Shown: positions 38,728-53,200, counted from the stretch's first letter. The stretch: 64,000 bases of DNA from Bugula neritina (GCA_964035545.1 OZ037765.1:12038698-12102697), one strand, 5' to 3'. Notes: generated from the sequence alone by a model not told the origin. Numbers and translations: made by a program.

Positions 38728-39368
38728 TTCCTTAATTCAGTAAAATCTCTGCTAGGTAATGTAGTTCAGTGTTAGTATTTTTGTAATATTTATTCTAGTT
38801 GTTGAGTTTACCATTTAGAATATACCAAAAATCTCTTTTTGCAAATGGCCCTGAACAATATATTGAATCTCATTAAAATATATAACTTAGAATTTGCATA
38901 ATTCTTTTAAAATAAATATATTTTATTCATATTTTGTTCTTTATGAAGTTATGTTAGGGCATATTCATTTGAAATGTGTGCTATTATCTTATTTTCATGA
39001 TTCATGTACAAAAATCAGTTTTTCTGGTAAAACATTCTGTGCACATTCCTATGCATCTGGAATATTTGGTGAGGTGAATATTTTTACACAGCTAATCTCT
39101 AGCTATTTGCTGGTTTGCTATTTTACATTCAAAGGTTCCACTTTTGGACAACATGTAATCTTGTTATATACTCCATCTCTGGGTTTTTCTCATTTGCAAA
39201 AGTTATATTATTTACATGAATAAACAAGATGTATGAAGCTCTACTAAACAACGTGTTTTCAGTTTGCTAATATCAATCAGTTCAGTAGTTCCGCAAGTCA
39301 GGAAATGTTAAGTTTATTTCAACAACAATGGTTTGCTATAATTTCTACTGTATGATAATACACAGTAT

Positions 39369-41903
39369 CTAAGTTTGGGTAGTGGCTCCGAATCTAAACT
39401 TTCCAATAGGTGCTGTTGTGTTGCTCTGCCACTCGCCATCGAAGGCTACGGCATAAATGTACAGATCTGTGTAGCTGTCGGGTTTGGTAGTCGCAACATT
39501 TACTGGAAGATCATTGAAGTTTTCTCCAACTCTATCAGGTTCTGGTGTGTCGAAGGTGCATTCTTTAGTCTACAAACATACAGCAAACTCGAGCTGTCAT
39601 TATTTAAACTTTACATGTCATGGAATTCTAATCCAGAGTTTATGACAAGAGCTGTGCATTGTTCTGTTTCTTGCACTGTTTTACTGATTTGGAAATCACC
39701 AAAACAAGCTGAAAGCTTATAAGCAAATATGCCAAGACTACACATACCTTCGATGTATTAGCTACTTACAGTGCAGACGGCTTGAGCAATAATACTCTTG
39801 CCCCTCGAGTCATCAGCTTGCAGGATACTCGTCACTCCAAATTTCTTGCCAGTCAACTGTGATGGGCAAAATCGGACGTGAATTGTTGTGTAGTTGAGAT
39901 AAGGCAGAGAAATGGCTCTGTCATAGTTGATAATCTGCTTCAACTCTTGCATGGTTATCGGGCTGTTTCCAGGAAGAGGAAAATCTTTGGTCACTGGTTC
40001 TACATTCTGAATACAAACAATTTCATTTAACATAAGGTGTAGCCCGAGTACATGCACATAGTACAAAGCCGACTACTAAAAAGGCCTGGGTAGACAACAT
40101 TGTGGATGAGACAATTATCTCAACAGTGCTCGAATATTGGTGCATGTAGCATCGTTCTAATACTTCGATGAGTTAACCAGAAGAGAAATAAAAAATTAAA
40201 CTTGTAAAAGAATTTTGACATGAAATACTGTAGATTTTTCCTGGCAGTTCAATCAATCTACCAAGTTTCATACGCATATCAAAGGCAAAAATATATTGCA
40301 TAGATTTCTACTCATGGACATGAAAGTCAAATTTATAAATCACAAACATTCAAGTGCTTGCTGCACTACATCATTTGTACCCACTCAGCCTGCATCTATC
40401 CCCATTTTCATATATTTATTATTATGAATTGCTATATTTTCTCAAAATATGTATTTTTATATATACACTTTTTACTTGATATAGCAGGGTAATGAAAAAG
40501 CATTAGACATATTTCACCTATGGTATAACGGTCAAATCTTATGCAATAAAATATTATGGCAATTTTAGTGAAAATTGGTTTTAATTGATAGTAATGATAT
40601 ACATTATTTAGGAAATATACTTTATATGTAATTAAACATCAATGTTTTACATTCATGAAAAGAGTGAGTCCCAATTATTAATAGCAAGAACACTGAAGTT
40701 AGTTTATCTTATTGAGATCCTTTTAAAAAGCTATCATAACAACAATTCTTATTTTCACAAACCATTGATGGTTTGGAAATAAAAAATTTAATTAGATATT
40801 ATAGGTTTGTGCGCAATTCTAGAACAAGTGGATTTTTTAAACTATATATCAACATCTCAAACCTGTATAGAAGATATCTTCTCGAATTCCATGGTCAGGG
40901 CAAAGTTGATGGAGTACCTGTTGTTACCAGATACATAGACATACAAGTCTCCTGGTCGAGATGGAGCTGAGCATTCAGTTGTATACTGAGTTGCGTTTGG
41001 AAATACTGCACATATTATATCACTTGCTGGAATACTATCACTGCTCTGAAAGATACATTAGCAGGATTATGTAGTGTATAGCATGAAATGTATAGTGTAC
41101 AGCTTTTAGTAAAATTTATACACGTGCGTTGATTGCTATACTTTATACACAGTAATATATATCCATATGTATGTATATCGCACGCACAAACTTTTGTAAG
41201 GTGTCCTTACCCCATTATACAGTTTGTTGGAGACTGAAAAGTAGGTAATTCCAAGATTAGGGTTATGCTGTGGATTGTGTGGGTTATAAACTTTGACCTT
41301 CACATTAAATCCGCTGTCATAGTTTTTACATGTTGGAGCTTTAAAAATCTGATGTTCTCCGGGCTGATGCAGCACCTCCCCCACATAGTTGACAAAGGAA
41401 GTTGTCGTCTCAATTTTTAATTGAGCTTCACTCCAGCGTGTAGAAAAAACTGGAAAATTGCAATAGCAAAACAGTTTATACAACTATAGGTAATAGACAG
41501 GTTGTGAGCCAATTAAAGGTTACCAGCCTTTTTTGAACTTAGAATAAATGATAAAACCAAATCACTAATTGCCTATATTTATATATAGTTTTCATTTATA
41601 TTTATCCTTATACTGATATGATTGACTGTTAACTAAAATATAGAAAGAAAAACAATAATCAATCCCAATTAATATTTGCATTTTGTCAATTTCCAGCTTA
41701 GTAAAGCAATCAACCAAACTCGTATGAAAACCAAACTCAGTTGTCCCTAACAAAACACAGCCATACATAATCGTAATTGCCATCCCTTTATTTCTCACCA
41801 CAAACAGTAACACACTATAACTAATGCAAACTGTAATAATTATTATGAAGTTTATTTGTGACTTACTAGCAAAAACAGCTATAAACAATAACCTTTCCAT
41901 CAT
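39369..41903 (-). CDS. Uncharacterised secreted protein, about 298 aa, two internal beta-rich repeats; exons 41903-41867, 41449-41211, 41045-40863, 40006-39770, 39569-39369
   Basis: Signal-peptide-like MMERLLFIAVFAIFSTRWSEA. Five GT-AG exons join into an 897-nt ORF. Repeated motif GDLYVYVSG / TDLYIYAVA. Confidence 0.8.
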
Positions 41904-42659
41904 TCCTTCTCTTGGGGAAAAAATTCACTAAAGTGCAGCCAGTGTCTGCATGTCTTTTGTATGCTTAGAAGAAATGACATCTGCTGTTTCTCTGGCTGTA
42001 AGCTATCAGTTGTTATGCAATAGTTCCCAGGTGCTGCACAGCGCTATCACATGTTGCCTGTTCCAGTATCAGTTGTTACATCTAATATACTAAGTTGAAG
42101 GTGATATTCATACTCAGCTGGTAAAAGTTTCACAGCTATATGTAGATATGCACTATTGCAAAGGATGCAGTATAACGTTGCATTTATATATTTTAATCAA
42201 AAACCAAATTATAGCTAATTTTGTATTATGAAAGAATTTCAAAGTTACGTCTAACTAGATATAGCTTGCAAGCGAAATTTTATTGATCACCCAAAAATCA
42301 CCAAGTTACAAAAAAATTTACAAAATATAGCAGTAATCAAATAGGGCTCTTAACACTACACATATATATATAGTTGATTTAAAAAAATTGACTGCATTTT
42401 CTTGAACAATTATAAAAACACACGAAATAATAAACACATCAAATTCACAGTATAATTAAAATACTGTTTACAAGTTGAAAAAAGTGAAGAGCAAATACTA
42501 GTAATTAAATATGCTTCATTTTTCATTTAGACAAGCACAAGTTCATAAAGATTGAAACATAGTTAGAGTTATTGCCACTTGTATGAATAGACTGAGATTG
42601 CACTACCGAACGGTTAGTTGCCAGCCATGCTTTAAAAATAAGATGTACATATCATGAAG

Positions 42660-45600
42660 CTATTTCCAAGCTTTAGAAGAGGTCAATTTCTGCTTGACGG
42701 GGCTTTCTGGCGGATCACTCGAGTCTGGTGACACTTGATTGTTTCTCAGAGATATTCGACTGCCGTACAAGTCCTTCATTGCATCAGACATCTTATAGAA
42801 TATATGCATAACATACTGTACATGTCGTATTTGTATGATAATTAATATTTACAAAGTCTGTAAATTAATAGTTCATGTTTCTACTTTATCTCTAATATAT
42901 GCAACCATAAATTTAGATACAAGTCTTCATAATCATTATATTGCAACAAATTGACCACTAAAATATACAGTTTGAGTGACATGCTTACAAAATCTGCATT
43001 AATAGAGATCTAGGAGGTAGGTGCAGAGTTGCAATCCGTGCCCTAAACCAAAAGTTTAATAAAAAAAATTAAAGAATTTAGGCTATTTCAATTTCTCCAC
43101 TATTGCTCCTAAGTGAGGTTTGGGTTTACCTGGTGCGAGTTCTTCTTGCATCTCTTCAAGCATTGGTTCACAGAGCTGCAGTCTAGTGCCATGAGGCAGA
43201 TGAGAAAGAAGCCAGTGAGAGACCACATGGAAATGCCGACAGCAAGAGCATTAGGAGAGTTTAATGGTGGACGGACGGAGGCAGCGGCTGGCCAGTTATT
43301 TAAAATTTCCCAAGCTTCTTCTACTTCAGCTGCAATCAATCATGATATACGACTTAACTTGTATGCAATATTGATTTTCATATTGGACATAAACTAGGAG
43401 TATAAGAGAAATAAAGATTAACTAGAATACACTTTATTTATATGGCAGGAAAAATCATTATATTTGTAAAAGCTTTTAATTTTAAACTTTCAGAGGTCAG
43501 TATGATTTGCTATAACTGAATATTTACTAGTTGTTCTGTCAGTTCATTTCTGTTACTTTCATAATAATAAAACCAATATAACATGCTGCTACTGTGACAC
43601 CATAAATATTTTTGAGGAAAAAACTGCATTTTGTGGTAAAATATGCTAGGCTATATGTTTATGAACAAACTATAGAAATGTTGTTGGTTGGAGTAGTTTA
43701 AATAAAATATTAAGATGTCATTTCTCTTGACTGAACTGTATAGCTATTATACCAACAATAAACATGAGGATTAGGTAATCTCTTTCTTAAAGGCTGCTTA
43801 TGATGGATGCATTCTAAAACAACTGATACAGTGATACTGTAGTAGGTACCAGAAATTGTAGTTATCACTTTAGGCGCTTCAGTAAAATATATATCAGCCT
43901 CAGTAGTGTCAAAAAACATCTGTATGTCCTCAAACCCTGGAGGTGCTGCAAAATAGTATAATACAAGTTGCTAAGAGGTGGAGTTTACAAAAAAATACCA
44001 TGAAATTTGGCATCCTAGTGCTAGAAGGAACAAAATATTGTCGTTATAAAGTTGATAATAACTAATATAACTATACATACGGTTGCAGAAAAATATAGCA
44101 CATCTTTCTTCCTTGATGCCACTTGGTTCAGATGAATCTTCAACATAGCAGACAGGGCCTTCCTTATTTATGCCTCTAATCAGCTGATCGGGATAACTCC
44201 TACACTCGGTCAGGTTTATATAATAGTCATCATTTACATACCTGGAAGTAAAAAAGGTACAAAAGTTATGTTATCAGAAAATCTAATTAATTGAATGCCA
44301 GTTGGGACTTGTATAATATGGTTAACACAATAACACAAAAAGAATAAACTTATTGTATCTCATAATTATGTGAAAATTGCTTCCTTTTGAACTGTAGGAG
44401 ATTTGTGCATGTAAATCATGGAGGTATTATTCCTCCATAACAAACAACTGTTTTAAAGCCGTTCAAGTAGACATTACAACAGGCCATTCATTTAAGCAGA
44501 TATTAATTATAGTGTGGCATTTAGTACTCCATGTCAAGACAAGATTCAAAAGATGAGTGAAGCTGCTGCTTAACGATTTTAATTTAAAAAATATGATAAT
44601 ATCAGTTGAGTAAAGAAATTGTAAACATATTTAATCAATACATTATAACTACACACACTTACTTATTTCATTCTTTGAAAATGCTTAGGTTGTTAAACTT
44701 TTGAAAGTGCCTGACACTATCATGATGCTGGAACTATAGATATAACAGTTTGTACAAGCTGGCGGGCACAGATGTCGAATAGCTAATAAAATACAATTAT
44801 ATGATAGTGCAAGAGCCAGCTTTAGAGCAGAAACTATAGTAGCTACTGCATTGACCTCTTAAGAAGTAAAAAGAGACAACATACTTGGTCTGAAACCAAT
44901 GTCTCCTCTCTGCTTCTTCCTTGAATATACCCGGAATAGCTAGCTGGGCAGGTACACAGGGCTTTCTGGTTTCACTGCGATCTTTCTTGCCAACATATTC
45001 CAGACTTTCCTCAGTCACTCTGCACCTATTAGCTGCAAAAATAGACAACGTAATGCAAGACTTTTTTCCAAGTTCTGTAAATGTATTTATTATGCTTCGT
45101 ATTTCATGCTGCCTGTGCAGAGATATTTTGTCAAAACCTTGTTTGTTGATGTCACAAATACACCACTCAATATGATGTTTTTGTCAATTTTTTCAGTAAT
45201 CTTAAACTGAGACTGTTTTCTCTAGCCAGTAAGAGCATTGAAAATTTAGTTAAGAGAACATCTACACATATAATCATTCATAATTGTTTCCAGTATATTT
45301 ATGCAATATGATGCAGAGCCATTGATAATGCCACATCATTGCAAGTGTATGCACAAGTCACTACTTCTACAATATGATTGTGTACTGTGCAAAAAGCACT
45401 CAATTATACTTACAACAGTCAGTTATATTTTGGCACTCCAACTTTTTAAGTTTCCCATTATTGCCTTCTTGTTTGCTATAACACCAGGGGTATGGGTGAT
45501 TATCAGGGTTCCTGCAGTAGTTAACCATTTCTTCCCAGGAATATGAACCTGGAAACTGCCACAACTCAAAGCCCTGACTTTGAACCAAATCATCTGTCCA

Positions 45601-47097
45601 CAACAAGCACTCTTCATCAGCCGTGGCATTTCCAGCATATGTCATGAATCCATTTTCCATAACGCATTGCCGAGTACCTATTGATTTAGTAAAACAATTA
45701 GTTGCCAATACCTAAAAACAAACTATCCAATAAATTATAAAAAGAGAGTGTGCAATCTTAAGCTGTTAATGTTTATCTTACTTCTAAAGAGTTTACTAAA
45801 AATGTAGTTAAAATTAGCAAAAGTTTATCATAAAGTTGCAACATTGGCTTATACTCAGTTTTCATTTGTTATTTTTTTATTGTAAACAGTATAATGCTAT
45901 CCAATTGGACGGCAAGTAATTTACGATAACATTTACCACAAGAAACAGGATACAACAAAATCCTTGGTAAATAGGATAACCATCATTTCATTTTAGAATT
46001 GCAAGATTAGTATAATAGCAAGTATTTCATTATATTATCTATGCTTCTTATAGTGAATTTCATTGTAATATTTTTTTTATATTATTGGTTTCGGAAACTG
46101 AAAACTTTTGGCTGCTCAGTGACATACTTTTAAAGGTTTCTTCAGAGCAGAAAGGAACATCACAATACTGAGCTCCTTCTGTGGTGAAGCACCACGGTCC
46201 ATCGGGCATGTCTGTTTCACCGTTGATTAGCGGACCTCTGCAATAGTTTCTCAGCTAAAACGTTAAGTTTGTGGTATTTTGTTAACATGGTTACATAATT
46301 TTGAACAGTATATGGATTATGGTATGTACATTACAACACAATTAATATAATCGATGTCATAGTAATAAATGACAAATCTAATTATATAAAAAGAATTGAA
46401 AAATAACCTTATTATACATACTTTTATTTGTTTGACCTAACGTATATACTTTGCATATTTGTTAAAGTGTGATTATATTTAAAAATTTAGCAATGTACAT
46501 ACATCTGCCCAAGAAGTGTTCCCAAATGCTGCTGCGCTAAACGTTTCATTAGTGCTCCAAGCACGGCAAGTTTTCCCACTAGCAGCAATGGTTGCTTTAC
46601 CACTGTAATATCTTCCATCCTGCAGAAACTTGCATGTCTTTGGGGAAGGTGGCGATACAAATGAAATAGCACTGACATGCTGGTAATATAGCATCAATAG
46701 CAAACCACCTACATTATCACAACAGCTAGTAAACATAAATTTTATTCACATGCATATATAACTCATATATCAACATGTTTACTCTGTTATCTGAAAAATC
46801 TTCTAAAGTTTTCTACATCTACATATATGTTCAGGCTATTTCTTGAAAGGTTTGATTAATTAAAAAGAAAATAATTAGGAACATAATATGTACTCAATTT
46901 ATTCAGGTGATAATAGAGTTGACTATGGAAACACCACAAATAATATTTAGGAGAAAAATGCAACTCAAATGCTAGATACAACAAAATGTTTAATATACGT
47001 TTGATTAGCATGTCTATAAAACTACAAGAGGGAAGGGTTTAAGCTGATCCCCAAAACTGAAGAATGGCTACTTACTTCTTATTAAAACATTTGCCAT
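42660..47097 (-). CDS. Type I membrane protein with three kringle-like domains, about 467 aa; exons 47097-47076, 46708-46503, 46254-46128, 45795-45782 (14 nt, inferred), 45711-45414, 45032-44885, 44241-44081, 43945-43850, 43329-43130, 42791-42660
   Basis: Signal peptide MANVLIRSGLLLMLYYQHVSA. Kringle motifs GRYYSG..SGKTCRAW..NYCRGP..PWCF..CDVPFC; TYAG..CLLW..NYCRNPDNHPYPWCY; EYVG..KPC..ECRSYPD..GPVCY..CAIFFC. TM segment ALAVGISMWSLTGFFLICLMAL. No protease or kinase domain. Confidence 0.8.
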
Positions 47098-47664
47098 GTT
47101 GTCTGCCAGCAAATTTCAACACGTTCTATTCGAAGCTGCAACTTACTGCTGACTCCTTCAACAGCATAGAATATCATGCTATTCATTGCAATATTTAGTT
47201 TCTAACATAAGTTTTCAAATAATCAATACCACATCCACCAGCATTTAATGACATGTATATATTTTGCAATGAAAAAAAAAAAATCAATTTTTAAAAGGAA
47301 ACTTAATATTTAGATTGCTTAGAAACACTTTGTTAAAAGCAAATAATACACAAAGAGCTAGTAATACTGTGACAGTGCATACACTATATGCTATAAATGC
47401 AAATGCAGATGCTGAGTGGAGACTGGGCCAACAATCACTCTTGCAAGTTCAATTCATTTCCCTTTAGTTCTGCCAATTTTGATTGTTTCATGCTACTAAT
47501 TTCTTATTTTAATTGTTAAGCAAAGCTTTGTAACAAAGTTTAAAAAAGTTTTAGTTCATTGTTGGGGTTACAGTAAATTATTTAAGTCATGAAGACAATT
47601 GCATAAAAAGTGTAAAGCAGTTCCATCAGTAGCTGTTACTTCAAGGTTTTGTTAGCTACTAAAA

Positions 47665-49486
47665 ATGGACAAAGGTTGCTCATTGGATTACCCATTAAGT
47701 AGACAGAAAAGACAGTTTCTGTTTGCCAACCGTCTGGCAGGTCTCGGAACACCAAATACAAACGACTTTGCCTGGAGATACTCTCTTCTGGACAGACCAC
47801 CGCTGACTTATAAGCAGACCAGATCTCAAGAGTGCCAAAGTGCAAAAGAATCTACATACATGGCAGACTATGTGTATGAGTATACTTGATCTGTGTTTCC
47901 AGCGTGCAGCCTGTTTGTTGCTGCGTACTGTAGGCCCCTTATAACAAAACTATTCTGTAGAGTTTTACATTTAAAGTAGCCTTTTAATTCACAATGCTTG
48001 TGAAATATTTCATTCTTTGAATTTTAAAATCATTACTTATTATTTGCAATACTTAATCTTTTATCTTTATAAAACTTGCAATTGTATTGGGATGTGCTCT
48101 CTATAAAAAGCTTGGATTGGGGAGAGGTATCGCGATAAAATGTCCTTCTTTACTTTATTATCTTGGCATAATATTATGCTTTTGGAGTTGTTAATATAGA
48201 CACATTAAGAACAAAACGAATGGTACATCTTTGTTAACTAGCCAGGCGAGGTCTTCAGTAACCAATCAGACTTGTGATTTTCTACATTTTAGGCATTTAA
48301 AACCTGGTCCTATATTTTATTACCACGATGTGCCTTCAATAGCTAAATTGCAGCCTATAGGAACATCTTCAAAGAAATTAGCTGTACAAGCACAGAAAAC
48401 AAACTACAAAAGACGGATACTCAGGGATGGCACAGGCATACCGGGACTGGAGCGTGAAACCTTAGCCAACTTTGTAAAGTGAGTTTCAGGTTTTATGGCC
48501 ATCATTATACTCTGCAAAGAAGGTCAAAGGTGAATTTTTTGAATACAAAAACACAATCTAACTGGTTTAAGCTCTAATTTTTTCAAGGGTTTAAAACACT
48601 AAATATTATAAGAAAGATTTAACTAGTCTTAGAAAAATAGTTACAGACTGTGCACACAATATTTTTTTGATAAAATTATTTACACTCGCTAGGATTATTG
48701 AGATCTATTTATTTGTAAAATCAAACTATAGTTGGTTGAATATTAAGATTTTTCAATTTATTGACCTAATCTAACAACTTTTGAAAACATCTTTCTGTTA
48801 CAAAAAGTATATGCATGGGACGTAAGCCTTTATCTGTACATTGTTGCACTCAAAACATATCTTCAGAGTAATTTTTCAGTTGACAAATCTTCAATTCTGC
48901 ACAATTTCTTATCAGTTGCACAAGATAATGAATAGTTAAGAATCTAAAGCTTGAAAATCATTTGCAATATACATTCCATGTAATTTGTGGCAGGTGTCCT
49001 TGAATAATGTGTGAGATTATATAGAAGTCACCAGTTTTCAAGATTAGCGTCATAATGCCTGGTGAAAGCAAATATAAGGGGGGGTACAAAATTGGGAAAA
49101 ACTGCGTTTTCAAGAAATGGGTAAATTAAACAAAATGAATAAATTAGCTACAAGAACAAACTGAAACTTTGGAATTATCAAGAAGGCTTACGGCCATAAT
49201 TAAAACCTGTAAATCGCAAGGCAATATTAGAAAATTAAGAAACCAAGATTTTACCAATTACTACGAAAAGAATTATTGTTTTATGTGATTGCTTTATCCT
49301 ACCAATTTTTACTAGGCACTTGATTGATCCAATTTTACTGCACGCCCTAACCTTCTTTGTGTATAAGTGCAGAGTTGTATTGTGTCTTTAAATTTATTTA
49401 CCATTTCCTGTAGAATACAGAAGCCAAAAGAAATAATTTCAACTCATCCACAGCAAATATTCCAGAAAATATCAGCTCAAATATAA
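47665..49486 (+). CDS. Small basic uncharacterised protein, about 155 aa, with an Mn-motif-like STYMADY; exons 47665-47873, 48293-48478, 49414-49486
   Basis: Phase-2 junctions GT|GTATGA..TTTTAG|G and AA|GTGAGT..CTGTAG|A keep one frame. Composition is exon-like. The last exon is uncertain because the ORF could end at 48482. Confidence 0.55.
49078..49347. mobile_element. Possible PIF/Harbinger-like MITE
   Basis: TAA|GGGGGGGTACAAAATTGG ... CCAATTTTACTGCACGCCC|TAA: an imperfect TIR with TAA flanks. Confidence 0.45.
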
Positions 49487-50245
49487 ACATGACACCTAAT
49501 GTTACTCTGTACCAACAAATGGAGAAGCTTTGACTAAACAACTGTAACTAACTTATTAAAGACAGCAGCAGTTTATTATATACATGAACTTAAATCAGCT
49601 GAACATGACAGTATTAATTCATAAAATACTTGAAAACAAATATAAATATTAGATAGCAAATTTATCAGATGTTAAAAACTTGATGCTACATACAAAATTT
49701 TTCAATATTTAGTTATAAAATGTAATTGTTAATTACTTACCTGTGATATGATTGCAAAGGATAAGCTTTGCACAGCACAATTCAAATTGATCAACTAGTT
49801 TTTGTCAACTTCCAAAGAAAAATTTTGCCAAGAAATAAAATCCCAAATAACAATATATCAGTTGTAAATGTTGTAAATGGCAGTATTAAATTTTAAACTT
49901 TCACAATTTGTATAACTGAATAATTGAAAAAACCTGTGAAATTCAGAAAATACAAAAATAAGTTATGGATAACTGCTTGCCACAAAGTAGCAAAATTTAA
50001 TACGAACTTCAGCCGCAATTAAAACTATATGTAATACTCTATATATGCAAAATTAAGTAATAATTAAAATATCTAAAACTAAGGTATTACCAAAGATACA
50101 ATTAGTAAATAATTTAAAGTGCAGTCATAGCCACTATGATAAATTGCGATGCCATAATAATTATTACAATTAGTAAGTATATTAGCTATCCCTGCTGTGG
50201 TAAATTACAAGAAACGTTTCTATATAAAACAGTGCCAGGTTGAAA

Positions 50246-53200
50246 CTAGTTTTTCTTTGTTTTACTAATATAGTTGCTCACAGGTATTCTACTCTCAGTG
50301 GTGGACGAAGCTTTGCTCTTTACTACTGGTGTATCTGCAATATAACCAAGTCCACTGTTATTTAATACTTGAAGAAAATATAAAACCATAGCAGAAACAT
50401 TTGAACTACCAAATTTTTTGACAAGGTTGAACATGCAAATACAGTCACTAACTAGACTTACTTCACAAATACTTCACTATATTAGCACGATAGCATTCTG
50501 TGCAAAACTACTGTAACCATTATGTTATATACTAAAGGCAGTGCTTAGTACTAAGCTGCATGAAATAGAGATAAATCCACGCACTATAAGCTACAGAAAT
50601 CAAATTAAACAAAACAAATTATTGCAATAAAACAACGAAACTGAAAGTTTAACTGAGTGAGAGCTGCGCTATAGGGTTAGAATGCGAATGTTATAATAAC
50701 AGAGGAGTCACTATGAGTGAAAATAAAGTCCCCCACAGCAAAATCAGCATTACTACCAGGAATTTACCATCTACAGACTGACCAGCATTGTCTGTCAGCA
50801 CTTCTCCCTTATTAACAACATCAACAACAGAAATTAGAGGAAACAGAAACATTGTACGATACAACAGTGATTTGTACTGCATATAAACAAAGCACAATTT
50901 AGACAACATTATTCTAATGGTAACTACAATGAATAATTTGATCACACAATATTTGAAAATGAAAGTAACTAACTAAAATTAGATCAACACAAGTTTTAAT
51001 ATTGCAGACAACAATAATGTAAGTAGTTAATAAAAAATGTTAGTAAGCACTTGAATTTGACAAATTAGTATACCTTATGCTAAAGAGGCTTCAACTTGAA
51101 GTAAAACTGGAAAAAATATTGATGCAGTTGGTACTATGTATATATACACCAAAAATTGAATTATTAAATATTGACATAAAACGACAGCTAAACAATTCTT
51201 TGTCATGTAATCAGAGTCTAGCGTTCCAAACTAATAAACTTCTACAGAAATGAGTCGCCTATTTTTTAGTAATAACATACTGAGTATGCACCCAGTTGTA
51301 GTCATGTTCTATCAGTAGATCCTTACATTCACCCAACACCAGCCACACTAAACAGAGTAATGGTTGTGTACTTACTGCTCCATTGGCTCCTGAATGTCTG
51401 TCTACCTGAGAGGCGAGTGCATGTGTCCTTTTAGCATCTTTCTCTATTTCCGCTAGTCTATAACACGAGTGTAGAAAGTAAGGAAAGACCAACCGCAGTG
51501 CTGTACAGAAGGAGTGCACAGAGCAGTGGTTGCTTTAGACAGTGAAGAATGTAGCATTTGAGGGTTTACAGCAGAATAACCACATCCTCAGAGCAAAGCA
51601 TGGCAAAATGCAAACCTAACGTCAGTTGCACATTAAAACAGTCTCATTGATAACAGAAAATGTTGGGTTAAGACTATTAAACACTAGCACCACTCTGCAG
51701 CCCAGTAGGGAATGTTTGCTCGAGTACAATACCTTAGCTGTCGTTGGTGGGCAAACTCTTCTGCCTGTTTGGCCTTGACCTGAGCGTATGTAAGTATGTC
51801 ATTGCTTTCAGCGCTAGCTCTAGTGTGGATAATTGAAGAGTTTGAGGTTAGTTGCAGAGGATAGGGCAAAGCAAACACAAATGTACTAGCAATGTAACAC
51901 TTTGGATACAGTTAATGACTAGCCATTTCAAATATTTAGCTATCCATAGAAAATTTGAATTTTTTTGTAAAACTATTAAACTCAGAAAAAGAGTAAAAAC
52001 CATGAATAGCCCTTGATGGTAATGCACAAAGTTTAGACTGGTCAACTTGTATCAAAGTGTTGCATAGAAAATTAATAATATAACTCTGAAGAAACACTTT
52101 AAACAAGGCAGAAATGCTAAAACTACAAGCATGTATGTTAACAATTCAATTATGATCATATCACAGCTTAAAACTCAAGCAAGCTTAGAAAATTTAAAAT
52201 AGGCATTTCATTAATTGATGACTCGTCAAAAAGGTCAACCAAGGGTCATGCAGGGGAGAAGGTGTCTTAGTTATTGCCATGCTTTGACAAAGCTGTCTAG
52301 CACCCCAGTAGTTCAGTGAAACTAAATGCTGGTTACATATCATGAAATGCTAGAAACATATTTTTATCTGCATGACTTACTTTGAACGCAATAAAACTAC
52401 GTGTAGATTTTATACAAGTCAAAAAAATAGCTGCTGAGGCCGCAATGTCAAATGGTCACCAAGGAGATTTGTTTTAGAAATGGATGGGCAAATTAGCTCA
52501 AAAACCATTAGAATGAGCAGTACTAAAGGATATTAGAGTTTAGTGTGGAAAATGAGTATTACAACTACTTTGAATAACTAGTGTGAAATGTCAGAAGCAT
52601 TAACAAGCAAAATACTTAAAAAAATTTAAACAACTCACCCCAAATTTCTTTTCCGATCTAAAAAAAGTATTATAGTAAATAAGTTGGTCATAAAAATAGT
52701 GAGCATACATTCATTTTATATTATATTTATTTACGTATCTCACATAGGTGAAGTTAAATTTCGGCATATTGATATTTGTTGCGTTATATGTAATGACTTT
52801 GGTTCACCACAGTCACAACACTTTATACTTACCATATTTGCTCCAAGGGTTATCAGCAGGTGGAGGAGCAGCTGAACTTTCCAAGAAACTGCTTCGGGCA
52901 GTTTTGGCATCTGCTCTTTCTCCATTCTGGAAGTAAAGAATGCATCAAGTAACATGTCTGCTACAACCACTTTGACTCTAAATCACAACTAACTGACCCG
53001 AACTATTCACGGAACAGCTGACTGCCCGTATCTGAGAAAGCAACGGACCACTAAAACTTTCCATATTTAATTTTTTTACTTTTTGAGAATTTTGAACTTG
53101 TATGTTGACAAGTAGTGGGTGTTTTGAAACAATGTTTCTACTTTAAGGGCAGCATAGCTGACTGACAGTAAACCAATGGGCAGTCCATAGCCTGCAACAA

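Noticed and set aside
44662-44783. Extra exon of the kringle gene (good donor and acceptor on the minus strand)
   Set aside because: All frames contain stops, and the flanking exons already join in phase 2.
52990-53060. Helitron-like 5' end (CAGCTGACTGCCCGT...GCAACGG)
   Set aside because: Too short, with no matching 3' hairpin/CTAG end identified.
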